Notes under the pieces: generated by a model
Told to the model about the DNA's origin: nothing
The model's database searches: none
The model's input: the letters and a program-made list of their open reading frames with translations, nothing else
Source: Pseudomonadota bacterium
GTDB taxonomy: Bacteria; Pseudomonadota; Gammaproteobacteria; Steroidobacterales; Woeseiaceae
Direction: 5' to 3'
DNA: 64,000 nt
Assembly: GCA_038747355.1 (NCBI GenBank)
Contig: JBCDJX010000005.1
Location: 5,380-69,379, forward strand
In this document: positions 42,864 to 52,342 of the stretch, piece by piece
Layout: every line of letters starts with the position of its first letter
How positions within the stretch are numbered: position 1 is the stretch's first letter
Program-made: the position numbers and the translations under genes

Positions 42864-42881
42864 AATGCAAACGTTTGTATT
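42864..42881. promoter_or_regulatory. Second copy of the LacI-type operator (AATGCAAACGTTTGTATT)
   Basis: It matches the 39316-39333 palindrome at 17 of 18 positions. It lies 127 nt upstream of the TonB-receptor ATG and 50 nt downstream of the symporter stop. Confidence 0.7.
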
Positions 42882-42931
42882 TTCGAATTGGCTATATGGC
42901 TTTTGGACCGACGAAGGCCCGCATTCGGGCC

Positions 42932-44635
42932 TCAGGCCGCGGCAGGCTTCGTTTTCAGGCGCAGCGCCCAGAAGCCGGCGTTGGCCGCAGCGAGTACCAG
43001 CACCAGGATCCAGAAGAGCTGCGACAGGCCACCAACGAGACCGACCGGCGAAAACAGCAGGTACAGGAAGATCACGCAGGACAGCAGCGTGAATGCGACC
43101 GGGTAGGCGAAGCGCCAGGGCGTCAGGTCGACGAGTTTCTGGTCGACGTATTCCCACGGTGTTTCCCTCGGCTGCAGCACACCCGCGGCCAGCATGATGC
43201 CGACCTCGATCACGAACAGGACCGCGTACAGGTGCAGGAAGTGCATCGTGATGACGTCGTCAAACACGAATTTTGCGAGCCCGTAGGCAATGACGTGGAA
43301 GATGATGACGATCTTCGCACCCAGCGCCGGCACGCGAGTGGTGAACAGGCCGACCAGCACGATGACGACCACCGGAATGTTGTAGAAACCCGTGAAGATT
43401 CGAATGACCTGCCACAGCCCTTCGGGTGCAAACTGCAACAGCGGGGCAACCATGAACGAAAACAGCGCGATCGCGATACTCGCGTACTTGGCGACCGTGA
43501 CCAGTTCACCATCGCCCATTACCCGTTTACGCATGGGCTGATAGACGTCCAGGCAGAACATCGTTGCCGCTGAGTTCAGCAGTGAGTTGAACGATGAGAA
43601 CACGGCGCCGAGCAAAACAGCGAGGAAGAAACCGCTCAGGTACGCCGGGAGGTAGTCACTGATCAGGCGCGGGTAGGCCTGGTCAATCGATGCCAGCCCG
43701 GGGCCGTACAGGTGGAACGCGATGATGCCCGGAATCATCATCATGAACGGCACCATGATCTTGAAAAAGCCGGAATACAGAACACCCTTCTGACCTTCCG
43801 CGAGGTTCTGCGCAGCGAGTGTGCGCTGGATGACGTACTGATTGGTGCACCAGTAGAACAGGTTGGCAAACACCATACCGGTGAAAATCGTGCCGAACGG
43901 CGTCGGGTCCTGTGGGCCGCCGATCGCGTTCAGTTTTTCGGTGTGGGTCGACAGAATGGTATCGAGACCCGCGCCGACCGAGCCATCGCCAAGCGCCGCT
44001 AATCCCAGAACCGGAACCAGGACGCCGATGATCAGCAAACCGACGCCGTTCAGCGTGTCGGAGACGGCAACGGCTTTTAGCCCGCCAAAGATGGCATAGA
44101 CTGCACCGACGCTGCCGATCGCGACGATCGTGATCACGAGGCCCATTTCGTAGCTGACGTTCAATAGCGACGGGACGTCGAACAGCAACAGCACGGCGAT
44201 CGAGCCGGAGTAGAGCACCGAGGGAATGGTGACCAGGCCGTAGCCCACCATGAACAGGATGACCGACATCCGCCGCACGTTGTCGTCGAAGCGATTGTTC
44301 AGGAACTCGGGCAGCGTGGTGAAGGCACCGGCCAGGTATTTCGGAAGAAAGATCAGCGCCATGCAGATGGTCGCGAAGGCCGCCGTGACCTCCCAGGCCA
44401 TCGAGCTCAAATTGAAGCCGTAGGCTGAGCCGTTGAGTCCGATCAGTTGCTCGGCGGAGAGATTGGTCAGCAGCATCGAGCCGGCGATGAAGATGCCGGT
44501 GAGACCACGCCCGGCCAGAAAGTAGCCGTCCTTCGTAGAGACTTCGCCCTTGGTCTTCTGGTACGACACAAACGCCACGATCCCCATGAAAAACACGCAG
44601 GACGCAAGCGTCATGAACAGGTTTTCGGCACCCAT
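42932..44635 (-). CDS. Sodium:solute symporter (SSS/SLC5, SGLT-like)
   Basis: It has about 14 TM segments and the N-terminal signature DGYFLAGRGLTGIFIAGSMLLTNLSAEQLIGLNG. Confidence 0.9.
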   Translation of the reverse strand: MGAENLFMTLASCVFFMGIVAFVSYQKTKGEVSTKDGYFLAGRGLTGIFIAGSMLLTNLSAEQLIGLNGSAYGFNLSSMAWEVTAAFATICMALIFLPKYLAGAFTTLPEFLNNRFDDNVRRMSVILFMVGYGLVTIPSVLYSGSIAVLLLFDVPSLLNVSYEMGLVITIVAIGSVGAVYAIFGGLKAVAVSDTLNGVGLLIIGVLVPVLGLAALGDGSVGAGLDTILSTHTEKLNAIGGPQDPTPFGTIFTGMVFANLFYWCTNQYVIQRTLAAQNLAEGQKGVLYSGFFKIMVPFMMMIPGIIAFHLYGPGLASIDQAYPRLISDYLPAYLSGFFLAVLLGAVFSSFNSLLNSAATMFCLDVYQPMRKRVMGDGELVTVAKYASIAIALFSFMVAPLLQFAPEGLWQVIRIFTGFYNIPVVVIVLVGLFTTRVPALGAKIVIIFHVIAYGLAKFVFDDVITMHFLHLYAVLFVIEVGIMLAAGVLQPRETPWEYVDQKLVDLTPWRFAYPVAFTLLSCVIFLYLLFSPVGLVGGLSQLFWILVLVLAAANAGFWALRLKTKPAAA

Positions 44636-44748
44636 ACTCCCCCCAGAGGATAGCCGGGCGGGTTGCTTGTTTTAGGTCGTGCCCGGCGTGGTCTTATTTA
44701 CGCTACGCGATGCCGGTGACGTTTGGCAATGCTCGGATTCGCGCCAAT

Positions 44749-45423
44749 TCAGACCGACGGGAGCTCGAAGGAACCCACGCGTGATTCGGCTTTCCGGTAG
44801 GCGTCTCGGCCGCGAATCCGTACCAGGAAGTCAGCGATTTTCGGGAACTTACCGTCAACATCGGCGCGTTTCGCCGCAGCTTCAAGACAGTAGCTCATCT
44901 GGATGTCGGCCGCTGAAAAGCGGTCGCCGGCAAACCAGGGCCGCGAATCCAGCGTCTGATTAATAAAGTCGAGATGCCGCTGGATGTTGTCGTCGAGGAA
45001 GTTGCCACGCACCTTTTGCGCGATGCCCTTGGCAACCGGTCGGATGAAGAACGGCAACGGTGCCGTCTCGATGCGATGCATGACCAGCGCCATCAGCATC
45101 AGAGGCATCACCGAGCCTTCCGCGTAATGCAGCCAGAAGGTGAACTCGCGAGCCTCCGATGTCCCGGCGTCCGGTCGCAGCGAATGACCAGTGAACTTGT
45201 CGAGCAGGTATTCGATGATGGCGCCCGACTCGGCGACCGTCACATCTCCGTCGCTAACAATCGGCGACTTGCCCAGTGGATGCACCGCCTTTAACTCGGG
45301 CGGCGCAAGGATCGTGACCGGGTCTCGCTGGTAGACCTTGACCTCGTAGTCGGCGCCCAGCTCTTCAAGCAGCCAGGCGATGCGTTGCGAACGTGAGTTC
45401 TCAAGATGATGGAGAGTAATCAT
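44749..45423 (-). CDS. Glutathione S-transferase family protein
   Basis: The N-terminal thioredoxin-like domain reads MITLHHLENSRSQRIAWLLEELGADYEV and includes PLGKSPIV. A helical C-terminal domain follows. Confidence 0.88.
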   Translation of the reverse strand: MITLHHLENSRSQRIAWLLEELGADYEVKVYQRDPVTILAPPELKAVHPLGKSPIVSDGDVTVAESGAIIEYLLDKFTGHSLRPDAGTSEAREFTFWLHYAEGSVMPLMLMALVMHRIETAPLPFFIRPVAKGIAQKVRGNFLDDNIQRHLDFINQTLDSRPWFAGDRFSAADIQMSYCLEAAAKRADVDGKFPKIADFLVRIRGRDAYRKAESRVGSFELPSV

Positions 45424-45476
45424 GCGCGCAGCATAGCACTCGCGCTGGCCGGCCTCGCAATGGCCAGCAAGGATGG

Positions 45477-45941
45477 CTAGTTCGGGACGATAAACATGGT
45501 TGGCACTTCGGCGTAGAGCGTTGCACCTTGCGCGCGGACGGCCACTCGAATGATCGACTCCGGGTTTTCCGGCATCGGGAACCGCGTAGACCAGCGAGTT
45601 CCTGATGCGTTCATGTTCGCCATTGGCGTCGGGGCGATCTGAATGCTGCCTTCAACCAGCGCCATGGCGGCACCCTGCAGTTCGACGGAGGAAGACAAAG
45701 TCATCTCAACAAACCCGGTGTCGGAAACCTCTGGCAACAGGGCCACCTCGACGTCTGCGTTTTCAAGGTCACAGCGGCCGCTGTCGTATCGGCAGTTGCT
45801 GCGCGCCAGTAAGGTGTAGCTACCACCGGCCTCAACGGCCTGGGGTTTTTCCGCAACAATCTGGTCGACACCAAACCAGGCGATGACTGCAAGGACGGGT
45901 GCCACGAGCAGGGCGACGATGACGTGTTTGTCTTTGAACAT
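45477..45941 (-). CDS. Membrane-anchored hypothetical protein
   Basis: The ATG at 45941 gives MFKDKHVIVALLVAPVLAVIAWFGV (an N-terminal TM anchor). The remaining ~125 aa look beta-rich and have no recognisable domain. Confidence 0.6.
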   Translation of the reverse strand: MFKDKHVIVALLVAPVLAVIAWFGVDQIVAEKPQAVEAGGSYTLLARSNCRYDSGRCDLENADVEVALLPEVSDTGFVEMTLSSSVELQGAAMALVEGSIQIAPTPMANMNASGTRWSTRFPMPENPESIIRVAVRAQGATLYAEVPTMFIVPN

Positions 45942-45956
45942 GTGCGTGATTATGAC

Positions 45957-45985
45957 CCAAAAGAAGAGGGGGCGTTGCCGCCCCC
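45957..45985 (-). terminator. Rho-independent terminator after the symporter operon
   Basis: On the minus strand, AGGGGGCG, loop GCAA and CGCCCCCT are followed by CTTCTTTTGGG. Confidence 0.65.
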
Positions 45986-46014
45986 TGCAGTGCTGGTGTC
46001 GCTGGCTTGTAAGC

Positions 46015-47745
46015 CTAGTGGCCTGTAGCCCCTCCGGCACCAACCGGCACTCGAATGTGGTCAACGAGATCGAGAATCTCCTGTGGCGGTGCAGCCGTCA
46101 GGCGTGCGACGACCAAGGCCACCCCGAAATTCACCATAGCGCCAACCGCGCCAAAGGCATTCGGTTCAATGCCCAGGAACCAGTTCTCCGGCATGCCGCC
46201 GAGGAAGGACGTACCCGGGATGAACATGATGCCTTTGTGCTGGAACACGTAGAACAGCGTGACACCGATACCGGCGATCATGCCGGCGATTGCGCCTTCC
46301 TTGTTCATGCGCTTGTAGAAGATGCCCATCATGAGCGCCGGGAAGATCGACGACGCAGCCAGGCCAAAGGCGAGCGCCACGGTTCCGGCGGCGAAATCCG
46401 GCGGGTTGAACCCCAGGTAGCCGGCGAGGGCGATCGCACCCGCCATCGCGACACGACTCGCCAACAGCTCCTGTTTTTCCGTGATGTCCGGGCGAAAAAC
46501 ACCCTTTAACAGGTCGTGCGATATGGCCGACGAGATGGCGAGCAACAAACCGGCCGCTGTCGACAGCGCCGCAGCGAGGCCGCCGGCGGCGACGAGTGCA
46601 ATCACCCAGTTCGGCAGCTGCGCGATCTCCGGGTTTGCCAGCACCATGATGTCACGGTCGACCTTGGTCATCTCATTGGTCGCGGCATCCGAGGTGTACT
46701 GGATACGTCCGTCGCCGTTCTTGTCTTCGAAGGCGAGCAGGCCGGTGGCTTCCCAGTTGCGGATCCAGTCCGGACGTTCGTCGTAGAGCATGTACTCACC
46801 CGGCGTCGGTTCGATCGTCTCGATCAGGTTCAGGCGCGCCATGGCCGCGACCGACGGAGCTGTTGTGTACAGGATAGCGATGAACACCAGCGCCCAGCCT
46901 GCAGAGCTGCGAGCATCCTTAACCTTCGGCACCGTAAAGAAGCGAATGATGACGTGCGGCAGCCCCGCCGTGCCGATCATCAGCGACAACGTGTACATGA
47001 ACATGTTGGTGAGACTGAGCCTCACATTGGTCGTGTATTCGAGGAAGCCCAGGTCTCTCAATACCTGGTCGAGCCGGTCGAGCAGAAACACATCCGTGCC
47101 GACCATGGTCGAGCCAAGGCCGATCTGCGGCAGCGGATTGCCGGTCAGGCTCAGCGAGATGAAAACGGCGGGGATGGTGTAGGCAAGAATCAAAACACAG
47201 TACTGCGCGATCTGCGTGTAGGTGATGCCCTTCATGCCGCCCATGACGGCGTAAAAGAACACGATACCCATGCCGATCGACAGGCCGATGTCGTAGTCCA
47301 CCTCGAGGAAGCGGGAAAACGCGACGCCGATGCCTTTCATCTGGCCGATGACGTAGGTGACCGACGCGATGATCAGGCAGACAACGGCAACGATGCGCGC
47401 TGCCTTTGAGTAGTAACGATCCCCAATGAATTCAGGCACCGTAAACTTGCCGAATTTACGCAGGTAAGGCGCCAGTAGCATTGCCAGCAGGACATAACCG
47501 CCGGTCCAGCCCATCAGGAAAACCGAACCGCCGTAGCCCATGAAGGCGATGAGACCGGCCATCGAGATAAACGACGCGGCCGACATCCAGTCGGCTGCCG
47601 TGGCCATACCGTTGGCGACCGGGTGAACCCCGCCGCCGGCCACGTAGAATTCCTTTGTGGATCCCGCGCGCGCCCAGATCGCGATGCCGATATAGATCGC
47701 AAAGGTGAAGCCGACGACAAGATAAGTCAGTGTTTGCAGAGTCAT
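46015..47745 (-). CDS. Sodium:solute symporter large subunit (ActP-related, VC_2705-type, paired with DUF4212)
   Basis: FYVAGGGVHPVANGMATAADWMSAASFISMAG is the acetate-permease-like SSS signature. It has about 13-14 TM segments and sits directly downstream of a DUF4212 gene. Confidence 0.9.
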   Translation of the reverse strand: MTLQTLTYLVVGFTFAIYIGIAIWARAGSTKEFYVAGGGVHPVANGMATAADWMSAASFISMAGLIAFMGYGGSVFLMGWTGGYVLLAMLLAPYLRKFGKFTVPEFIGDRYYSKAARIVAVVCLIIASVTYVIGQMKGIGVAFSRFLEVDYDIGLSIGMGIVFFYAVMGGMKGITYTQIAQYCVLILAYTIPAVFISLSLTGNPLPQIGLGSTMVGTDVFLLDRLDQVLRDLGFLEYTTNVRLSLTNMFMYTLSLMIGTAGLPHVIIRFFTVPKVKDARSSAGWALVFIAILYTTAPSVAAMARLNLIETIEPTPGEYMLYDERPDWIRNWEATGLLAFEDKNGDGRIQYTSDAATNEMTKVDRDIMVLANPEIAQLPNWVIALVAAGGLAAALSTAAGLLLAISSAISHDLLKGVFRPDITEKQELLASRVAMAGAIALAGYLGFNPPDFAAGTVALAFGLAASSIFPALMMGIFYKRMNKEGAIAGMIAGIGVTLFYVFQHKGIMFIPGTSFLGGMPENWFLGIEPNAFGAVGAMVNFGVALVVARLTAAPPQEILDLVDHIRVPVGAGGATGH

Positions 47746-47754
47746 GGTCGGCTC

Positions 47755-48009
47755 CTACTCGTCTTCTTCCACGCCGTGATCGCGATCGAGTTTCCCCATG
47801 CGGTTGGCGTAGAAGAAGATCAGGGCAACGAAGACGTAGATCGATCCCTGCTGCGCGAACCAGAATCCCAGCTTGTAGCCGCCGAGCTGGATGTTGTTCA
47901 ACGGCTCTACGAGCACGATGCCGAACAGGTAGGAAACGACAAACCAGATCGCGAGGCACAACGCCACGAGTCTCAGGTTGGATTTCCAGTAGCTGTTGTT
48001 ATCAGACAT
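47755..48009 (-). CDS. DUF4212 protein (small subunit of the sodium/substrate symporter)
   Basis: 84 aa with two TM segments. NLRLVALCLAIWFVVSYLFG...GYKLGFWFAQQGSIYVFVALIFFYA is the typical DUF4212 pattern. Confidence 0.88.
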   Translation of the reverse strand: MSDNNSYWKSNLRLVALCLAIWFVVSYLFGIVLVEPLNNIQLGGYKLGFWFAQQGSIYVFVALIFFYANRMGKLDRDHGVEEDE

Positions 48010-48136
48010 GACTCCCCCCCTTTTTTCGGGTGCTTTGCTGATTAAGCAGGATCGAATCTAGCATTGGTGGACGGTGGCGGGCATTCGACATTAGTCGGTA
48101 GTAGACTGACCACAGCCGATACGGGGGGATGGACCG

Positions 48137-51100
48137 TTGATCGACTGGTGGGTACTGCTGAGTCTGTCACTCGGCTACCTGATGCTGCTGTTCGCGATTG
48201 CCTACTGGGGCGACAAACTCGTGGACGGGCGTATTTCGAGTTTCAGCCGCTCGCTGATCTACAGCCTGTCGCTGGCCGTCTATTGCACGTCATGGACGTT
48301 TTTCGGCGCTGTTGGCAGTGCTGCGCAAAGTGGCTGGGGTTACCTACCCATCTACCTCGGCCCGATCCTGGTGTTCCTGTTCGGTTGGCCGCTGATTCGT
48401 CGCATGGTCGCGATCAGCAAACGCCAGAACCTGACATCCATCGCTGACTTCATCGGCGCACGCTACGGAAAGTCACAGGGCCTCGCCGCCATGGTGACGG
48501 TTATGGCGACGCTGGGTTCGGTGCCGTACATCGCGCTTCAGCTCAAGGCGATCGTGGACAGTTTCGATGTGATCTCGAACTACACGGTCAGCGGTGCGGC
48601 CGGCAACGACACAGCCCTGATTGTGGCCGTTGTGCTTGCCCTGTTCGCGATTCTATTCGGGACCCGAAAGATCGATGTCACCGAGCATCACCAGGGCATG
48701 ATGATCGCCATTGCCTTCGAGTCCCTGGTCAAGCTGCTGGCGTTTGTCGCGATCGGCTTATTCGCGTGGTTCCTGCTGGGTCGGGCCGGTGGGCCGGCGC
48801 CGGGCACGGCGTCGCCGTTCAGTTTGTCGTCGCTGCCCAACACCTTCATGACGCAGCTGGTACTCGCCAGTGCGGCGATTATCTGCCTGCCTCGGCAGTT
48901 TCACGTCGCGATCGTTGAGGCTCACCGTGATGCGCGTATCGACGCCACGCGCTGGGCGTTTCCACTCTATCTGCTGGTATTCAGCGTGCTGGTCATTCCG
49001 ATTACGCTGGCCGGTCTGACCCTGCTGCCCGAGGGCGCATTCCGCGGTGACACTTTCGTGCTCGCCTTACCCATGCAGCAGGGTACCGACTGGCTGACCG
49101 TGCTTGCATTCATCGGCGGGTTCTCAGCTGCGACCGGCATGGTCATCGTAGCCTGTGTCGCTCTGGCGACGATGGTCAGCAACGAACTGGTCATGCCCGC
49201 CGTGTTGCGGCTGCGTCACCAGCTCGATGCCGAGCGGACCGATTACTCACGCTTGCTGCTGAACACGCGTCGCCTGTCTATCGCCGGCATTGCGCTGCTG
49301 GCCTACCTTTACTACCGGGTTAGCGATGAATCGGCTGCGCTGGCGAGTATCGGCCTGCTGTCCTTCGCCGCGGCAGCGCAGTTCATGCCGCTGATTGCAT
49401 TGGGAATGTACTCCGAACGGGTGACGCGCACCGGCGCCGTCAGCGGTCTCGCGGTGGGTTTCCTGCTGTGGGCGTACACCCTGTTTTTGCCGACGCTGGC
49501 CCGGTCGGGTGCGGTGAGTGACAGCTTTATTGAGCATGGCCTGTTCGGCCTGCCGTGGCTGCGACCGGAGGCCCTGTTGTTCGCCGACGGTCTCGACCCG
49601 CTGACACACGGCGTCGTGTGGTCACTAAGCCTGAACACGCTGGTGTTCCTGCTGGTCTCCGCACGTTCGAAACCGTCGATGATCGAGACCGTGCAGGCCC
49701 GCGTCTTTACGGGGCCGCTGGTGAACGCGAACAATCAGGGCGTCGGCAGCAACGATTCGCAGCTCAGCAACCGTGACCTGCGCGAACTGGCGGACCAGTT
49801 TCTCGGTAATGCGCACGCCGGCCGTTCGTTTGATGAGTTCGCCGAGCGAGAGGGGCTGGATTTGTCACCGTCGCTCGCGGCGGACCGACGCCTGCTGCAG
49901 TTCACCGAGCGCCTGCTTGCCGGCGCCATTGGTGCCGCGTCGGCGCGAATCGTCATTACGACCGCACTGCGAAAAACAGGCGTCGAGGTCGCTGACGTCG
50001 TTGTCTTGCTCGACGAAACGTCGCAGGCCGTGCGTTTCAATCGCCAGCTTACTGAGGCAACCCTCGAGAACATCACCCAGGGCGTCGCCGTCGTCGACTC
50101 AGCCCAGCGACTCATTGGCTGGAACAGTCGCTACATCGAGCTCATGGGCTATCCCGGCGATATGGTCTCGGTCGGCACACCGGTCGCAAACCTGATTCGT
50201 TTCAACGCCGAGCGCGGCCGCTTCGGCGATGCGGATGTCGACAAGGTCATCGCCAAGCGACTTCGCTATATGCGCGAGGGGTCGGCTTACAAGGTGCAAA
50301 GCAACCGTTTCGATAACAAGGTCGTCGAGATACGGGGCCAAGCTATGCCGGACGGTGGCTACGTCACGACCTACACAGATATCACCGAATTCAAGGCGGC
50401 CGAGGATGCGCTGGTCGACGCAAAATCCACGTTGGAACAACGCGTGGCCGATCGCACGATGGATCTTGAGCGCGCAATGGCGGCACTGGAAGTTGCCAAG
50501 GGTGAAGCCGAGGACGCCAACCTGTCGAAAACGCGATTCCTCGCCGCTGCCGCACACGATCTGCTGCAGCCACTGAACGCTGCAAAACTGTTCGCTGCGT
50601 TGCTTAGCGAACACCGGGGCGAGATGTCCAGTGAACAGTCCGAACTCGTCGAGCGTGTTGAGAACGGGCTGGTCGGTGTCGAAGACCTGCTGAGCGCCCT
50701 GCTGGATATCTCAAGGCTGGATACTGCGGCCCCCGAGCCGAAGCTGGAAGTGTTTCGGCTCGACAGCCTGTTTCGTGCACTTGAGGCGCAGTTCGCGCCG
50801 GCGTTTCACACGCAGGGGCTGACATTGCGATTTGCCAAGACCCGGCTTGCCGTCTACTCCGACCAGGCACTACTGCGTCGTATTCTGCAAAACTTCATCA
50901 GTAATGCCCGCCGTTACACCACCGAGGGCGGCGTGCTGGTTGGCTGTCGGCGCCGCGGTGGCGCCGTCGTTGTCCAGGTTTACGACACCGGCGTCGGTAT
51001 CGCAGCCAGCGATCAGCGCGCGGTGTTTGAGGAGTTTCATCGTCTTTCCGAGGGTGCTCGTCAAACCAAGCGCGGTCTCGGCCTCGGTCTGGCTATCGTC

Positions 51101-51649
51101 GAACGCATCGCCCGGCTACTCGATCACAAGATCGGGCTGAAGTCCGAGGTCGGTGAGGGCAGCCGTTTTGAAATTACCGTACCCCGCGCGCGAGGCGTCC
51201 CCTCGAGCGTCACCAATCCGGAACCAGTGCGACTGGGTAATACGGTATCCATCGATGGCCAGCTCGTGCTGTGCATCGACAATGAGCCGGATATTCTCGA
51301 CGGCATGCAGGGACTGATTGAAAAGTGGGGCGGACGTTCGCTCGGCGTGTCTTCCACCGACGAAGCGCTGGCGGTTATGCGGGCACAGCAGTCAGAGCAC
51401 GGCGAACTGCCTGCGCTGCTGCTGGTTGACTACCACTTGAACGACGGGGATACCGGGCTTGTGGCCATCGCCGCGCTGCGAGAGGAGGCCGGCTCGGACC
51501 TGCCGGCGGCAATCCTGACAGCCGATCGCACCGATCAGGTCGCTGATCGGGTCCGCGAAGCCGGCGTCGACCTGCTTCACAAACCGGTGAAGCCCGCCGC
51601 CTTGCGTGCGCTAATTAACCGCACGCTCAGTCGCCGAAGCGCTGCCTGA
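48137..51649 (+). CDS. crbS: Hybrid sensor histidine kinase with N-terminal SLC5/SSS transporter-like domain (CrbS type)
   Basis: TTG start. A transporter-like multi-TM domain of about 480 aa is followed by a PAS domain (LENITQGVAVVDSAQRLIGWNSRYIELMGYP). Next come the H-box SKTRFLAAAAHDLLQPLN, the HATPase domain (GLGLGLAIVERIARLL) and a C-terminal receiver (LLLVDYHLNDGDTG). A LuxR-type response regulator gene lies next to it. Confidence 0.85.
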   Translation: MIDWWVLLSLSLGYLMLLFAIAYWGDKLVDGRISSFSRSLIYSLSLAVYCTSWTFFGAVGSAAQSGWGYLPIYLGPILVFLFGWPLIRRMVAISKRQNLTSIADFIGARYGKSQGLAAMVTVMATLGSVPYIALQLKAIVDSFDVISNYTVSGAAGNDTALIVAVVLALFAILFGTRKIDVTEHHQGMMIAIAFESLVKLLAFVAIGLFAWFLLGRAGGPAPGTASPFSLSSLPNTFMTQLVLASAAIICLPRQFHVAIVEAHRDARIDATRWAFPLYLLVFSVLVIPITLAGLTLLPEGAFRGDTFVLALPMQQGTDWLTVLAFIGGFSAATGMVIVACVALATMVSNELVMPAVLRLRHQLDAERTDYSRLLLNTRRLSIAGIALLAYLYYRVSDESAALASIGLLSFAAAAQFMPLIALGMYSERVTRTGAVSGLAVGFLLWAYTLFLPTLARSGAVSDSFIEHGLFGLPWLRPEALLFADGLDPLTHGVVWSLSLNTLVFLLVSARSKPSMIETVQARVFTGPLVNANNQGVGSNDSQLSNRDLRELADQFLGNAHAGRSFDEFAEREGLDLSPSLAADRRLLQFTERLLAGAIGAASARIVITTALRKTGVEVADVVVLLDETSQAVRFNRQLTEATLENITQGVAVVDSAQRLIGWNSRYIELMGYPGDMVSVGTPVANLIRFNAERGRFGDADVDKVIAKRLRYMREGSAYKVQSNRFDNKVVEIRGQAMPDGGYVTTYTDITEFKAAEDALVDAKSTLEQRVADRTMDLERAMAALEVAKGEAEDANLSKTRFLAAAAHDLLQPLNAAKLFAALLSEHRGEMSSEQSELVERVENGLVGVEDLLSALLDISRLDTAAPEPKLEVFRLDSLFRALEAQFAPAFHTQGLTLRFAKTRLAVYSDQALLRRILQNFISNARRYTTEGGVLVGCRRRGGAVVVQVYDTGVGIAASDQRAVFEEFHRLSEGARQTKRGLGLGLAIVERIARLLDHKIGLKSEVGEGSRFEITVPRARGVPSSVTNPEPVRLGNTVSIDGQLVLCIDNEPDILDGMQGLIEKWGGRSLGVSSTDEALAVMRAQQSEHGELPALLLVDYHLNDGDTGLVAIAALREEAGSDLPAAILTADRTDQVADRVREAGVDLLHKPVKPAALRALINRTLSRRSAA

Positions 51650-52342
51650 TTCGTCACCGGACAAGCCGGGTTCCGACAGCTGTAACTGCTGAACTGCGAG
51701 TATTGCCTGCGTTCTGTTGTTGACATTCATTTTGCGGAAGATGGCCGTAAGGTGCGCCTTGATGGTGGCTTCCGATACACCGAGTTCATAGGCAATTTGT
51801 TTGTTGAGCAGGCCGTCACCGAGCATCATCAACACGCGGAATTGATGCGGGGTCAGCGTACTGAGTGCCGCCGCCGCATGTTCCTCGGCGCTGTCCATGC
51901 TGTCGTCGGACAGGTCGATTTCGCTCGGCACCCAGACCTCGCCGTCCATCACCGCGCGAATGCCTTCTTCGATGACACCGATACCCGAGGATTTCGGAAT
52001 GAAGCCGCTCGCGCCATGTCGAATCGCTCGACGGATAACGCCAGGGTCGTCGAGTGCCGATACAACCACCGTGGGCAGCGAGGCGTGATTGTTGCGCAGC
52101 CAGGCGAGGGCGGAAAAGCCGCTAACGCCGGGCATATTCAGGTCGAGCAGCAGCAAGTCGGCGTCTGCGTTTTCGGCCACGGCGCCTTGCAGCGTACTGA
52201 GGCTCTCCGCTTCGACAATCGACACGTTTTCCACGCAATTGCGAATGGCGGCCGTTAGTGCCTCGCGAAACAGCGGGTGGTCATCGGCAACAATCAGTGT
52301 GGCTGTATCGGTCAAACTGTGTATCCCCGCAAACCTCGTCAC
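51611..52342 (-). CDS. crbR: LuxR/FixJ-family response regulator (CrbR type)
   Basis: The receiver domain reads LIVADDHPLFREAL...LLLLDLNMPGVSG, and the C-terminal LuxR HTH is LTPHQFRVLMMLGDGLLNKQIAYELGVSEATIKAHLTAIFRKMNV. The start is GTG 52342 or TTG 52315. The 3' end overlaps crbS by 39 nt (convergent). Confidence 0.88.
   Translation of the reverse strand: MTRFAGIHSLTDTATLIVADDHPLFREALTAAIRNCVENVSIVEAESLSTLQGAVAENADADLLLLDLNMPGVSGFSALAWLRNNHASLPTVVVSALDDPGVIRRAIRHGASGFIPKSSGIGVIEEGIRAVMDGEVWVPSEIDLSDDSMDSAEEHAAAALSTLTPHQFRVLMMLGDGLLNKQIAYELGVSEATIKAHLTAIFRKMNVNNRTQAILAVQQLQLSEPGLSGDESGSASATERAVN

Noticed and set aside
48083-48089. Shared heptamer ATTCGAC in the crbS/DUF4212 intergenic region and upstream of the porin (52502-52508), as a candidate CrbR box
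   Set aside because: A 7-mer seen twice is within chance expectation. It has no palindromic or direct-repeat partner and is absent upstream of the DUF294 gene.
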